From Spizellomyces punctatus DAOM BR117 (lineage: Eukaryota), in the NCBI GenBank assembly GCA_000182565.2, contig KQ257454.1: DNA of 64,000 bases; one strand, given 5' to 3'. The notes under the pieces were generated by a model. The model was given only the letters and a program-made list of their open reading frames with translations, had not been told where the DNA came from and did not search any database. A program made the translations under genes and the position numbers. Shown here in pieces: positions 1-13,056 of the stretch; the stretch's first letter is position 1; each line of letters begins with the position of its first letter.

Positions 1-1
1 C

Positions 2-1609
2 ATGTCGGTGTGCCAATCGAGAGCATGGGACGCCAAAATAGTAACAAGTGCTTGGTGGGTCTATGATCATCAAGTGAGTAAGACTGCGCCAACCGGGGAA
101 TATTTGACGACTGGAAGTTTTATGATCAGAGGCAAGAAAAATTGGCTTCCTCCAGTCCAACTAGTTTATGGCTTTGGTATTCTGTTCAGAGTGGATGAGA
201 CTAGCGTGGGCCGACATTATTGGGAGAGAAGACCATGGGGTAGGGATGGTAACCAAGAGTTGGATGAACAGCCTCGGTTGGACAGCGTAGTGGATGGGAG
301 AGACGAAGGCAAGGCGGTGGATGGTGAGGATGAGGATGTGCTTAATCAGGTTGACGCGAATGTAAATTGCGATGAGCCTGTCAATGGTGCCAACAACATA
401 AATGCTCAACAATCAGAGGGACATTATGAAATGACGAAGAGCGACGATTCTCTGCTATCCATTCAGATGACAATAGAGGATAAGTATGGGCTAGCTGAAG
501 TCGGAGACGAGAATGAGCCACTCGATGGAGCGACGATTGAAACTTCGCTGGACGATGGCCAACAAAGCAAGAAATATCTAAGTGCTAAAGAGCGACGAGA
601 GATGAAGAAGCAGCGTAAGGGTGCGCCTGATTTGAACGAGTCGGATCGGTCTTCCGAGGCAGGATCAACAGCATCGACAAAAGCTCGTGGTTTGAAGAGC
701 AAGGGGAGTGCAAAGGTTGAACAACCCGAGCAGGAGAAGCAGCAAGCTATCCGAGGTAAAAAGGGAAAGTTAAAGAAACTGAAGGACAAGTATGCCGATC
801 AGGACGAGGAGGACCGTCAGCTGATGTTAGAGATTTTGGGGAGTAACAAGGGGCCACAACCGAAGGGCAAGAAAGCTAAAGCCCAGGCAGAGGCGGCTCG
901 GAAGCAAGCTGCACAGCACAAGCAACAGCGAAAATCGGATGTACCTAGAAGGATGCAACGGCTCGATCAGAATGCCGACACACGTATTACAAATCAGGAC
1001 GTGGAAGTACACCCAGAAGACGATGTAGCCTCTGCGGATGATGATACGGCACGTGCAGCAGATATGGAAGATGAGACAACACTGCCAAGCCGCCGAGGCT
1101 CAACGGCCTCAGACTCTGCCGAACTGCGACGGATGCTCGAAGAAGAAAATGTCGCGTTTCTCCCGGAAGAAGAATCCAACCTTACCTTTCTCGACTCTCT
1201 CACTGGCCAGCCCCATCCTGCTGATATTCTTCTTCACGCAATTCCAGTGTGCGCACCATGGTCCGCACTTCAGCGCTACAAATACAAGGTTAAGCTCCTC
1301 CCAGGCAGTCTGAAAAAAGGAAAGGCAACAAAATCTGCTGTATCTGCATTTGTGGCGATAGCAACAGACGAGGAAAGTCGTGCTGTAAGTAAGCGCGGTA
1401 GAGGACGAGGTGGAGAAACGAATAGTGTTGAAGATAACGATGGAGAAGAACAAAATTCAATTGTTGATGCAGCAAAAAGACAAAAGGATCTGATAAAGGC
1501 AATACCAGAGATGGAATTGATCAATTCGATGCTCGGGAAAGTTAAAGTCATGAGTGCTGTTGATACCACCAAAAAGGGTGGTAAAGGGGGTGGGAAGAAA
1601 GGCAGATGA
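2..1609 (+). CDS. RQC2: Ribosome quality control subunit Rqc2/NEMF, 3' part (gene starts before the window)
   Basis: NFACT-R-type motif 'SAWWVYDHQVSKTAPTGEYLTTGSFMIRGKKN', 'RGKKGKLKKLKDKYADQDEEDR', and C-terminal 'LTGQPHPADILLHAIPVCAPWSALQRYKYKVKLLPG..KKGKA'. Confidence 0.93.
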   Translation: MSVCQSRAWDAKIVTSAWWVYDHQVSKTAPTGEYLTTGSFMIRGKKNWLPPVQLVYGFGILFRVDETSVGRHYWERRPWGRDGNQELDEQPRLDSVVDGRDEGKAVDGEDEDVLNQVDANVNCDEPVNGANNINAQQSEGHYEMTKSDDSLLSIQMTIEDKYGLAEVGDENEPLDGATIETSLDDGQQSKKYLSAKERREMKKQRKGAPDLNESDRSSEAGSTASTKARGLKSKGSAKVEQPEQEKQQAIRGKKGKLKKLKDKYADQDEEDRQLMLEILGSNKGPQPKGKKAKAQAEAARKQAAQHKQQRKSDVPRRMQRLDQNADTRITNQDVEVHPEDDVASADDDTARAADMEDETTLPSRRGSTASDSAELRRMLEEENVAFLPEEESNLTFLDSLTGQPHPADILLHAIPVCAPWSALQRYKYKVKLLPGSLKKGKATKSAVSAFVAIATDEESRAVSKRGRGRGGETNSVEDNDGEEQNSIVDAAKRQKDLIKAIPEMELINSMLGKVKVMSAVDTTKKGGKGGGKKGR

Positions 1610-1743
1610 GGGCGGGATTTCATGCATATGGAGTAAGATATAGCATATAATTTGTATTTACACGTACACACAATCGGTAGAGGAATAATCAAGAAACACA
1701 AGCGAAAGACTTTCTAGAGACATGCGTCCGGCAATCCTCGTTT

Positions 1744-2373
1744 TCATTGAATCATACACCCCTTCTTGGGCGGCTCTGCATCGCCTTTCGATTGCTTTTC
1801 AATCTCACTCAACATCGTTTCAAACGCCTTTGCTACGCCTTGATTCATTTTTGCACTGCACTCCACGAAAGAGCACCTCCATTCCTTCGCCAGTCTTTCC
1901 CCTTCTTCCGTTGAAACTTGTCTCTGCATTTGCAGATCTAACTTATTTGCTACCAGCACCATCGGAACCCATTCCATCCCAGTATAGTTCAGAATCTTAT
2001 CTCGAACAACTGAACACATTTCAAAGGACGCTCTGCTCGCAATCGAATATACAATGACGTAGCCATGAATCCCAAGGGCATGTTTGGAGTTCAAGATTGA
2101 ATACTCGTCTTGTCCTGCGGTGTCGTAGATTTCAAGCGCGTATTCTTGGTGAGTTGTTGGGTGACGGACAGTCTTTGTGAATGTATTCTCGATGGTTGGA
2201 TAGTATGTCTCCGCAAAATGGTTTTCGACAAATTGGACAGTTAGAGAGGACTTCCCGACTGCTCTGGAGCCTAGAACAGCTATTTTGCGCACCTATTTGG
2301 CAATATGAAATGAGTTTGCGAATGGTAGACTCTCGTTGAGTCTTCAGTAAAATACCTTCGGTGGGGATGCCAT
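1744..2373 (-). CDS. RHEB: Rheb small GTPase (2 exons; exon 1 2356-2373 encodes MASPPK)
   Basis: 'RKIAVLGSRAVGKSSL', effector region 'YYPTIENTF', 'DTAGQDEYSILNSKH', C-terminal CAAX 'CMIQ'; GT..AG intron 2293-2355. Confidence 0.95.
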
Positions 2374-2830
2374 CTCTCAGAAGCTAATCTCTTTCTATTC
2401 GCTAAGTTGCCGTCCTTTTATTCCTTAATGATGCTTCAGGATAATGTAAATTTCGAAACTATGGCCAGTAACCCTGAAGTTTCATTTCGAGCGTTTGCTG
2501 TTGGCAAATGAATGCGGATTGTATGACGTGTCTCCGCGCGACTTCACTTGACCATCAAACCACCATCCAACCACCATCAAAGTGCAATTGCAGTGCATAT
2601 CGTAAGCAAAGAGCATGTCGGAGAGTTCTGAGTTTCTATTTTGATACTTGCAAGAAGATTACGACAAGGAACACGGGAAACCCGCAGTTCACGAGATCGT
2701 GAGAGCATTGAGGTGGTGTCGTCGCGTTCCGTCTTTTGAGCTGCGAGTTTCTCGGTGCGTATTTTCCTGTTTCGTGCTTTACCTGCTACAACTAGCTTCC
2801 CTTTATTGTTTCTCCACGAAGAGGGTCAAC

Positions 2831-4086
2831 ATGCGTGACCGAATGCTAGACCTAAAGGTAAAGGTCCGATGTGAACATGTTTATCACGGTGCTTGTAGGA
2901 TGACGTCCTTCTAGGGGCAAACCCCAGCAGATAGCTCACCTCTCCGAGAGACCGTTGAAGAGGCCGCACCATCCGCGAAGAAAGGCAAGGAAGAGAAAAA
3001 GGACAAGAAAAAGGGCGATGCACTCCATCAACCAGACCTGGAAAAAGGGGAAGGCGGAGAAAGTCCTGCCATGAGAGCCTTCTTCGACGAGATATCGTCA
3101 ATCAAAGATCAGATTGCCGCGATTCGACGGAATATTGAGAATATTGAAGGACTACATCAAAAGGCGCTGAATATAATCAGTGATGAGGAAACAAAACAGA
3201 ATGCCAAGGAGCTGGACAGGGTGATGGACCGAACGAACAAGCTGTCAGCGGAAATACGGGCCAAGTTGAAGGCCATGGATGGGGACAACAAAGCCATGGC
3301 CAAAAAGCCTGGACAGGAAAGCGATGCGCGAATCCGGATCAGCCAGGTACTCACACACTCTCATGTGCATCTGCCCGCATATAACAAACTTTGCTCTTGT
3401 CCTTTTTTGGGCAACCCATTAGCACGGCGCAACAACCAAAAAATTCCTGGATGTCATGAATGACTATAAAGCCATCCAAACAAAGTATCAAGAAAAATAC
3501 AAGCAACGACTTCAACGGCAATTCCTTATTGTCAAACCACAAGCGACTCCCGAAGAAGTTGACAAGATGATGGACGGACAGCAAGGGCCCATTTTTGCAC
3601 AACAGATAATGCAATCGGGACAGAGGGGAGAGGCACGACGGGCTTTACAGGACATTCAGGACCGACATCAAGACATCATTCGGATTGAACAAAGCATTAT
3701 TGTCAGTTTCCGCGCGAAATTGTTGACTTGTGTTCGTAATGAAACTTACCCTCGATTATCTGAATTCAGGAACTGCAACAATTGTTCATGGACATGGCAG
3801 TGTTGGTCAGCGCTCAGGGGGAGATGTTGAACCAAATCGAGGTGCATGTCAGCAATGCCGCGGAACACACAGAACAAGGCACACAAGCGCTTTCCAAGGC
3901 AATAAAACTACAGAAAAAGAGCAGAAAAAAGATGTGCATTATCATTTGCTGCTTGTTGCTACTGTGCGTGGCAGTGGCATTGGCAGTCTATTTTGGTGAG
4001 TTTTATTATTCTGCGGATAGCCAACCTGCTTAGTACTAAGATCAGCAACTTATTTCTGCGACTTTGCAGGAATTGGCAGAAAATAA
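2831..4086 (+). CDS. Plasma-membrane syntaxin (Sso1/STX1-like t-SNARE), multi-exon
   Basis: N-peptide 'MRDRMLDLK', Habc region '[12 protein letters not shown]', SNARE motif '[34 protein letters not shown]', C-terminal TM segment. Confidence 0.92.
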
Positions 4087-4547
4087 TCTTCCTGGCGCAA
4101 AAGAGACTCGATTCAGATTGATGGAATATATAAGATTGATAGTAGAGGATTGGTCGGGGGTGGCATCGATTTTCGATTTTCAAGTTATTGTCAATAATGA
4201 TAAGCTGTAGGTAAAGCCGGTATTGCAAGTTTCAAATTGTGGTAGTGAGGTGCAAGCGCTGCACGAAGTTCCGTGTGCCATGAATGTTTAATGAAAACAA
4301 CAGGCGAAGTGCTATTGATCGACTTCTATGGCGATCGTTACCGCCATGTTCAATTGCGGCTGCATTAAAATATCATTCCCGAGAGCCCAGCCTTCCTATT
4401 CTGCATGTGAGCGCATGTCCAACGTCCAACGTAATCAATCGTGCTGTGCCCTAACTTTGCGGCCCGGTCACGTTGCTCACCACTGTCACCTAATACACTA
4501 CTGCTTTGAAACGTCGACATTTGCTCAGAATATTTGGCGTATATACA

Positions 4548-6402
4548 ATGAGCGTTCTAGCCAAGGAGAGCGTCCAGGTAAACAAGACATATACTTGTCA
4601 TATCATATTGAACTGCACTTCATGTTCTCTCAACCTGTCGCGTAGGCCATTGCAGATACAGCTGGAATCTCACTGAAGGACGAAATTGCCAATGCGCTTG
4701 TCCAGGATGTAGAGTACAGATTACGGGAGATCATTCATGTATGACGATTCGTCGTTTCGAACACTTGCTCGATACCGACCGAGGTTTCCTTTTAGGAAGC
4801 TGGAAAGTTTATGCGCCATGCCAAACGGCAAAAGCTCCACTCGGATGATATTAATTATGCCCTTCGTGTGCGGAATGTGGAGGTCAGTATTCGTTACATA
4901 AGGTGCGACGATGGCCGTCTGATTAGTTACTGGAAAATACGAACAGCCATTATATGGGTGGGAATCAGGCAAATCGTCTCGGTTCAACCTGATCACGCAA
5001 GGCACACAGCAAATATATTATGTCGAGGACCAGGAGCTGGATTTGGAAGACATCTTAAATGCACCATTACCTCCTGTTCCCTTGGAGGTTACCTATACTG
5101 GTGAGTGGAATTGTGCAAAGAAATCAGTAACATGGAGGCTCATACGTGTGGATAATGTTCTCAGCTCATTGGCTGGCCATTGACGGAGTTCAACCTGCCA
5201 TTGTTCAAAATCCTACACCTGCTGGTATGTTTGTCCGTATATTTTCTTGATAGCTGCCATGGCTCGCTAAAGCATAGCCCGCTCAGAGTTGCAAGAGCGT
5301 AAACTCAAACCTGCCACCGCCGCACCAGCTCCGGCGGAACAGATCTCTGCTCCAGTTTCCATAAGCGGGGAAGCGCCAGCAGAAACATTGGTGAAAGCCG
5401 TTCTCACGAAAGAATTGCAGATTTACTACGAGAAGGTCACTGAAGCTGTGACGAGTGGCTCAGAAGAATTGCGATCTTTGGCTGTTGAGAGCATCTCGAA
5501 GGATCCAGGAATTCAGCCCTTACTCCCCTACCTGATCCAATTCATCGCTGAGCAAGTACGTAGACAGGGTACATATACATTTGGCAGCCATTTGACGCTT
5601 GTCCCTAGGTCACCCAAAATATGCGCAAACTCGATATAACCCATTCAATGATGCGCTTAATAAGAGCAATCTTGCATAATAACAACCTCTTCGTCGAACC
5701 ATATGTAAGAGTCACATACACCGACCGTTTTATGGAAGACTTATCATACTCACATTGATCAATATTTGTCATTTCTAGCTACATCAACTCATCCCCAATA
5801 TTCTAACATGTATTGTGGCAAAGAGATTATGTGCAGATCCAGCAACAGATGATCACTGGACGCTTCGAACATATGCTGCCAAATTAATATCGTACATATG
5901 CAATCAATATGGAGCGACGTATCAAAGCCTGCAACCCCGCATCACCAAGACATTATTGCGGGCATTTCTGGATCCTCTTAAGCCGCTAAGTACGAACTAC
6001 GGAGCGATTGTAGGTCTAGCAGCCCTAGGACCAGAGGCAGTGCGAGTACTGTTACTACCCAACGTGAAAGCATTTGGGGATCGCATACAGGACGATTTGA
6101 ATGCAATGGAAGATGACGGTCCTCAAGCGGTTCGAAAGATGGAAGCCGAGAAGTGTCGGGAAGCCTTGGTGGTGAGCATATGAATTTCTGTCATTTCTAT
6201 GCATTTCCGTTGTTTCTAAGTCGTGACCGATGTCTAGGGAACTGTCGCGGATCACATTCGGCGGGACATGGAGGAGAGAAGAAATAGTGGGCAATTAGTC
6301 ACCGAGGGAGATGCTCTACTGGAGGAAGTTCGGTCATCATACGGCTTTTTGGCTCATAGCATATGGCATGAGCTGTACCCTTCGGCCAACGGGTTAAGAT
6401 AA
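4548..6402 (+). CDS. TAF6: TFIID/SAGA subunit TAF6, multi-exon
   Basis: Histone-fold '[43 protein letters not shown]', 'AHWLAIDGVQPAIVQNP', 'LTKELQIYYEKVT', 'DHWTLR..AAKLISYIC..YG..YQSLQPRITKTL'. Confidence 0.93.
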
Positions 6403-6471
6403 AACCGTCTTTGCCTTGGAATTAATTTAAAAAGCTGGCAAAAGTAGTAACACCAGAGTCCCAGTTGCGCG

Positions 6472-7768
6472 CTAATCGCTCGTCGTATTTACAGGTCCTG
6501 GTAAGAACTTGCTAGCTAAACCAAGGTAAGCAGAATACGCGACCATGTCCTGAACGGCAGTCTCAAAGGGCCCAGCCGTTAATGCTGGATCTACACCTAA
6601 CTTCTTGAACAACATCGGCCCGAGACACCCAACAATACCCCCAAATGACGAGCTAATCAAGATACTGAATCCCGTCACTAATGCAAAACTCAAGCTTTTA
6701 CTCCACGCTAGTCCTATTCCAATCAGGGCAAAACAGGATACGACTGCAATGACGAGCGCCGAAAAAAACTGTAGTAGGATTAGGACTGTAATGAAATTCG
6801 CCGTGTCCGTTCTAGGAATGCACCTACTTCTTTAAGCATAACTCGCATTACGTCCTGCCAGTCAGAATTTGATGCATGGCCCGTTGCAAGAGCACGAAGT
6901 GTGGTTGTGGATGCTTGGAGGCCGATATTACCTAACCATGATTATGCAATTCAGTATTGTAATGGAATGGAAAACGTTAAACAGAAAGATCAGGATGGAT
7001 GTACCAGACATGCTTGATAATACTGGTGTGAAGGCTGTCAGTAGGATATGTCGATCTAAGACGTCTGCATAACTTGACACTATTGCGCCCACGAGCATTT
7101 CTAGCAGTAGGGTCGTGAGGATAGCGGGAGATCGGTAAAGGGCAACTTTGTAAAATGGGGTTCTGCATAAAGTAAAGAGCAGTGGAAATGAGAACATGTA
7201 GTATCGACCCACAGCCCAAACTATCCGATTGCACATTGGCAACCTTACCAACCTCAATAATTTCCTACCTCTGCAGCTTTCGAGCATCGTCCGTCTTTAA
7301 TAGATAATCCAATCTTGCCCGACATAGTTCTTGTGCGTCATCCAAATTCGCTTGATGCAGGATGAGATTGAGGAATTCTTGCTCTGGCAACTGCTCTGCT
7401 CCTCGCTTTTCCCTACTGTCTGAGCCAAATCTTCGTGGACTGGTTGCGCCCGTGAGCAATGACACAACAGCGGTCCCTTCGTCGTGTCCCAAACCGTCCT
7501 CTTCGATATCTCCATCTTCCTCGACTTCCAAGCTTCTACGTAATGGTACAAAGGTCTTGGATGTGCTGATAGTGAGGGGTTCTGCACTTCGTCTTCGTAC
7601 GTGCTTTGTATGTGTCCTCCTGGCATTTGCCTCGGCACCTGAGAAAGTCGCAAACACGAGTGGATCGTCAAAGTCAGACTGCGGCGATGGGGACCGTGAT
7701 GTCCGCGAGAGGGGGTTGAGTGCTACATATGAACCACCGTCATTTCCAAAGAAGCGTGAAGAAGACAT
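6472..7768 (-). CDS. MgtE-family divalent cation transporter (membrane domain only, no CBS domains seen), multi-exon
   Basis: Spliced motif 'FTPVLSSMSG|NIGLQASTTTLRALATG' and 'GVDPALTAGPFETAVQD' match MgtE TM signatures. Confidence 0.85.
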
Positions 7769-7953
7769 GGTAGTTTGGTCAAAGAAATGCGGTTCCGCGG
7801 TGAAACTTCAGGTCGGGACTATCGAAGAGTGGTCTGCTGTGCCACCAGATTGCAAGGATCACAGCCCAGAATATGTCAAATACAAAACTGAACTTTCGAG
7901 TAGCGACAGAAAATTGCTATTGCAATATAGTTGATTCATATAATACATCCATT

Positions 7954-9675
7954 TTAAATCTTTGCGGCCGCCACGGCTGGAAAACCAGCTCCTACTTTCT
8001 CCTCTATAGTGTTCCTCACTCCTTCTAGCCCAAGTTCCTTCTTTCCTCCGTCAGTCGAGATGTCTACGCAGCGTTTTGGCAGTCCTTCCAATTCCACTAG
8101 CTGACGTGGGGCAATATCTGCATAACTAACTGCCTTAAACCCTCTCTGTAATGAAGTATTCGGTACATTCTCATTTATCGCCTTCAGCACAGCCTCAGGG
8201 AATTTGCCGGGGCTTGCAGTGGATAAGCAGATGGTATAGGCAGTAGCGGATCCTCCGTTCTGAATGAAATTCTCCGCAGCCACAACTCCAACCGCCGTGT
8301 GAGGGTCCAGTACATAAGCCGGGCATCCCGAATCTGCGCCGGCATGTGAAGGGGTGGGCTCATAAGGCAGGCTGAACTGGTGGTGATAATATCGTTGTAT
8401 GGCGTCCGTAGTCTGTGCGTCAGACGTGCAAAATGACGAGAAAACCTCCTTTGCACGGGCGAGTACATCTTCCGGAACGCTGAAACCACCCTTCGCTTTT
8501 AAGTCGGACATCCATTGAGCGATAGTGGCACTGGCGACTTGCGCCTTTTCTTCCGTCTCAGCGTCCGCTCCTGTATGTCGACCATCGCCTCGGGAAAGGT
8601 ACCATATGAGTCGCTCAAAGTTCGAGCTCACTAAAATGTCCATAGCAGGAGACAGAGTTTGTCGTACTTCTTCATCCCCAGAGCCGGCCTTCTTCTTCTC
8701 GTATCTTCCGGTCTGGAAGAATCGATGTAGGATGTCGTTCTCATTAGTAGCAACAATAAGTCTTTCAATCGGAAGACCCATTCGGACGGCATAATACCCT
8801 GCCAGAATATCGCCAAAATTTCCAGTGGGCACACTGTATTGAACTTTGGTCAACGCTGCATAACTTGTTGCACCGGAAGGCGCACCAATGCGCTTTAACA
8901 GTGTGAAGTACGAGTAGAAGTAGTAGGTGGTTTGAGCAAGGATACGTGCCCAGTTGATCGAGTTGATGGCAGCAAGGTGGAATCGTCGCCGAAATGGTTC
9001 GTCTCCGAAGAGTGTCTTTACAATATCCTGACAATCGTCAAAGGTACCTTCCACAGCCACGTTGTGGACATTTTCATCGAGAACACTGGTCATCTGCTGC
9101 TCTTGCACAGGCGAGATACGACCTTTGGGGTGAAGAATGAAGACATTTACATTCTTCTTCCCTCGCAGCCCATAGATGGCAGCACCACCGGTGTCTCCAC
9201 TGGTGGCCCCCAACACAGTGATGCCATATTGCTCAACACTTCCTCTGTTCCTTCTGGCTAGAAAGTACTCGAACAGATTCCCGAGAACCTGCAATGCCAC
9301 ATCCTTGAAGGCAAATGTAGGCCCACGGAAGAGCTCCAACACATAGAGATTATCGAAGTTGTGATTGCCTAGTTCTGGCCGCACGTTAGGCAACTTTGTC
9401 AATGGAGTGACTTCCGGGGTAGAAAAGGTGGCGAATGAGCGAGTCAATATATCCTCCAGATCCTTGTCGGGTATTTCCTGCTCTGCAATGAATTTGCGAA
9501 AGATCTTAGCTGCCAGCTTTGGAAAGGGCAGGTCTGCCCACGAGAGGATCTCAGAGAGTGGCACTGTAGGAACATGGTGTGGAATGTAAAGTCCTCCGTC
9601 GGTCGCCAGACCTTCAAAGACCGCCTCCTCAAAAGAGAGGTTCGTTGACTTCCCTCTCGTTGAACGGTAACGCAT
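7954..9675 (-). CDS. THR4: Threonine synthase (intronless)
   Basis: 'MRYRSTRG', 'GLATDGGLYIP', PLP-lysine motif 'GPTFAFKDVALQ', 'GATSGDTG', 'NSINWARILAQ', 'VPTGNFGDILAG', 'DPHTAVG'. Confidence 0.97.
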   Translation of the reverse strand: MRYRSTRGKSTNLSFEEAVFEGLATDGGLYIPHHVPTVPLSEILSWADLPFPKLAAKIFRKFIAEQEIPDKDLEDILTRSFATFSTPEVTPLTKLPNVRPELGNHNFDNLYVLELFRGPTFAFKDVALQVLGNLFEYFLARRNRGSVEQYGITVLGATSGDTGGAAIYGLRGKKNVNVFILHPKGRISPVQEQQMTSVLDENVHNVAVEGTFDDCQDIVKTLFGDEPFRRRFHLAAINSINWARILAQTTYYFYSYFTLLKRIGAPSGATSYAALTKVQYSVPTGNFGDILAGYYAVRMGLPIERLIVATNENDILHRFFQTGRYEKKKAGSGDEEVRQTLSPAMDILVSSNFERLIWYLSRGDGRHTGADAETEEKAQVASATIAQWMSDLKAKGGFSVPEDVLARAKEVFSSFCTSDAQTTDAIQRYYHHQFSLPYEPTPSHAGADSGCPAYVLDPHTAVGVVAAENFIQNGGSATAYTICLSTASPGKFPEAVLKAINENVPNTSLQRGFKAVSYADIAPRQLVELEGLPKRCVDISTDGGKKELGLEGVRNTIEEKVGAGFPAVAAAKI

Positions 9676-9824
9676 TGCAATCTAGATTTTTGTGGGATGG
9701 AACACGAGAAAACCTTCCCCACCGCAAGCTACTGGAGTGTCTCAAAGATCTGGCCAGATATGGTTTCAGATGGTTTAGATGACTCCAACCAAATATTCAC
9801 ATTTCATATTATGTAAGCGTTTAC

Positions 9825-12800
9825 TTATATTGGCTCGTCTGAACCTTGACCGACCACTCCACGACGCAGGTTCTGCAAACGCATATGAGCAAAAGTGCAT
9901 TTCTGAGCCAATGATGACTAATTACCTTCAAGAACTTTTCAACTTCCAGTGACGTTCTCATCTTAAGATCCTGTGGACGGACGCCGAAGCCTCTGCCCAA
10001 AAGCTCATCAATGCCTTGTTTTGATAGCCCTGGATCAAATCGTGCTATTGCACGTGAATAGTCTAAAGCAGTGAGACGAAACGTTTGTGCTTCCTTGCTT
10101 CTAGTCTTTTCTGCCTCCATTCGGATACTTGTACCCAATAGGTCCTATAAACGGGGCATCGTCATATGCTTCTCTTTCTTAGATCAGTGTTCTATATCCA
10201 TTATGAAACTCACCGATAACCCCGTCACGTACGCCTCTCTACTCTCCATCTCTTGTTCCCGTACAATATCCAAGAAAAGACTTTCAGATTCTGGCTGGAA
10301 GAGCCAACGGTAAGTCAGCGTGCCACCAGGTTGGTCTGCGTCAAGGGCCTTTTCGAAGCCAAAAGCATTTAGTGTTCTATGAAGCGATATTGTCACAGTT
10401 TTGCGCTTCTGAAAGCGCAGTTCTTACGTTCTGAAGCTGCTCAAACTGCTGATCTCCCTTCGTTGGCCAGTGCTGCTTTAAGGCTGACATGGCTTCTTGC
10501 TTTGATATAATCCCCCTGACTTTCCCTTCGTGTACTTCTACGTCCAATCGGTAGAAAAGCGTTTTTAGTCGCTCAATTTTGCGTGATTGTTGATGGTAAA
10601 CTTCCTCGTCCAGCGCATCTAAGTGGGCGCAACAATCAGTTCCACAATCTTATTACATGACGACGACAGTAGAATACCTGTCAGAACGTTGTAAAACAGC
10701 TGACACTCGACACTTTGAAATTGGTGCTTCTTGCAGGCCTCATGAATATTATAACCCCATTCCGCTACAGCCTCTTGAGTACCAAACCGCTTTTTTAGAT
10801 ATGCGTATAAAAAATCTGCCAGCTGATAGGGAAATGAGTAATGAATCATCGAGAATCTCACAAGCTTAGATGCCCTACACTCGAGCGATTTCCGGCTCGT
10901 TTTGGACCAGCATCATAGATGGCTTTCGCGGACCAGATATCTCGAATCAACAAACAGAGGTTCTTGCGTGACAAGCGGCGATTCCTGATCTTTCCTTTGA
11001 ACCTTCCAAAAACGACAGATATATTTAGCCACACGAAACAAAGCCTGCTGGATGGGAGGTATGTGTACCTAAGATGTTTTGGTATTCCAGCCCCTAATCC
11101 GAGTCCAACAAAGAAACGGGGTTCCAAGTCTATCTGACCCCTGACCCGGTCCGGCTCTTTCTCACGTCTGAGTTCGGGCTTTGCAGTCTTAGCCTGAAAT
11201 CACAAAGTGAGAAATGCATTTATATAAATAACGAATATACACTTCTGGGCAATAATACCTTGATCAGTTCTCGGATAAGTAAGACAATAGAATCGTTATA
11301 GTCTCGGTCTTTGCAGAGTAGACCCCATTCTTGAACACTTGCGGGACACCTTGATTGAACATAGTCCCAATCTGGATACTATTATCAAGAAAGGCGATAA
11401 GTCAGGGCATGATGTCGCACTGCACTGTGATAATAACCTTATCCTCCTGCTCTCTTTTCAAGATACGTTCTAGTTCGGTAATCCGGTCTTGCAGAGCTCG
11501 ATTTGTGGCTGTCTGTTTTCGTTTGATGAGTTGTCACACAGGCGCTAGAGAAATCCTATACTCTCAAATCCCACCAGTGCTTCCAACTCTTGTAAGCGTT
11601 GATCCCCAAGGCTTGTTGCAACCTCACGCTCTTTGACGACATCCTCATACTGCCTTCGAGTGACCGAATTTGCATAGGAGGCGTTTAATGTATTCATTGC
11701 GTCGACCATTGATGCCAGATCTTCATGAGCTGGGACCAGAGGAGACCTCGCTGTCAGCAACTAGCTGAGAAGCTGGCTACTAGTCACTCTATGCCCAACC
11801 TTTTCGCAATCCACGTTGCAATTCAGAGTTCTCCTCTTCTTTTCTCCTTAGCTCTTCCTGAGATCGTCGTTCTAACGTGTCCATTTCAGCGCGTATCTCT
11901 GCTATCTTGCTCGAGACGTATTCCTGCGCTACCGTACTTAATGAGATTTCGCATCTTCAGGGAATCTCATTATCTCACATATCCGCACGAACCTCGTTAC
12001 GTGCATCCCTCCGAATCAATTCATCAGATATCTTTCCGTATTGATGTCGCAGGCTCTCCAACTCCGATTCAAGGAGGGAAGACTTTCGTTCAAGGTCGTG
12101 GTTGCGGTTCCTGAGGATATGGCTGTTATTCCTTGAGTTATGCAATGGGTACTGAGGGCCTCAACATACATGCACTGTTGTAACTTCTGATCTGCGTCCT
12201 CTCGCATTCGATCCATGTCTTGTGCCGCCTGGTATTTATGTATTGCCAACTGTGCCTGCAATGGCTCTGTGTACATTTCGGTCAAGGAATAAGCAATAGA
12301 AAAAGAGCAAGAATTGATGACCAGAATGAAAGCTATGAAAGGATATAATTTATCCAAAGCCCTCCGTTGTGCTTGCAGGGCCATTTCATACTCGTTCTTG
12401 ACTTGACTTAGAAGGGGCTCATATGTTTTGAACTCCTCTATGAAGCGATCTACGCGAAGCGTCAGTTTATTGAAGAATATCCTTGATTCTCTCCGCCACT
12501 GCCTACCAAAGACCTCGCGATAAACCTGCAGTCGACAACTGTCCCCTGCTGGTGCGCTGTCAATGACTATTCAGCATGTTGTATTGATACCAATTGCACG
12601 GAAAACGATGAGTATTGTACCTATCAACACCGAGCACCTTTGTTTCTGTTTTCATGTACTGCAATAGCGACATCAGAAGCCTCGGTTTGGTCTTGTCACC
12701 AGGGTACAGTATCCTGCTGGATGCATTACTAGCGCTATGAGGATCACTGGCCTGTGAACGTGTTCGTGTCGCGGACCCTGTCGATCTTGCACTGCATGGC

Positions 12801-13056
12801 CGTGAACCCCAACCCACACGACGATTGGCGTCCCCAAATCCCGCGGTTGATGTGCGTGGCATGAGCATATCGTAGGCGTTGACCGTAACCTTGCTTAAAT
12901 CCGCATCATAAGATAAAATATCCTCCGGACTTGGGGAAAGGTAAGCATTTGTTGAGGTTATTAGGATCTGGCTGCAATCTGGACTTACTTCAGGGATTCA
13001 ACATATCTGATAGCGTCGCCCTCGTCAAAGGACCCAACGGACTCTGCACGCATCAT
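9825..13056 (-). CDS. TSNAXIP1: TSNAXIP1-like (translin-associated factor X-interacting) ciliary coiled-coil protein, many exons; start inferred
   Basis: 'RLQVYREVF..FIEEFKTYEPLLSQVKNEYE' N-domain and 'FLYAYLKKRFGTQEAVAEWGYNIHEAC' and 'FFVGLGLGAGIPKHLR' blocks. Confidence 0.75.

Noticed and set aside
161-1701. Numerous antisense or overlapping ORFs in the six-frame track, here and throughout the window
   Set aside because: They are shadows of real genes on the opposite strand or in another frame, with no independent support
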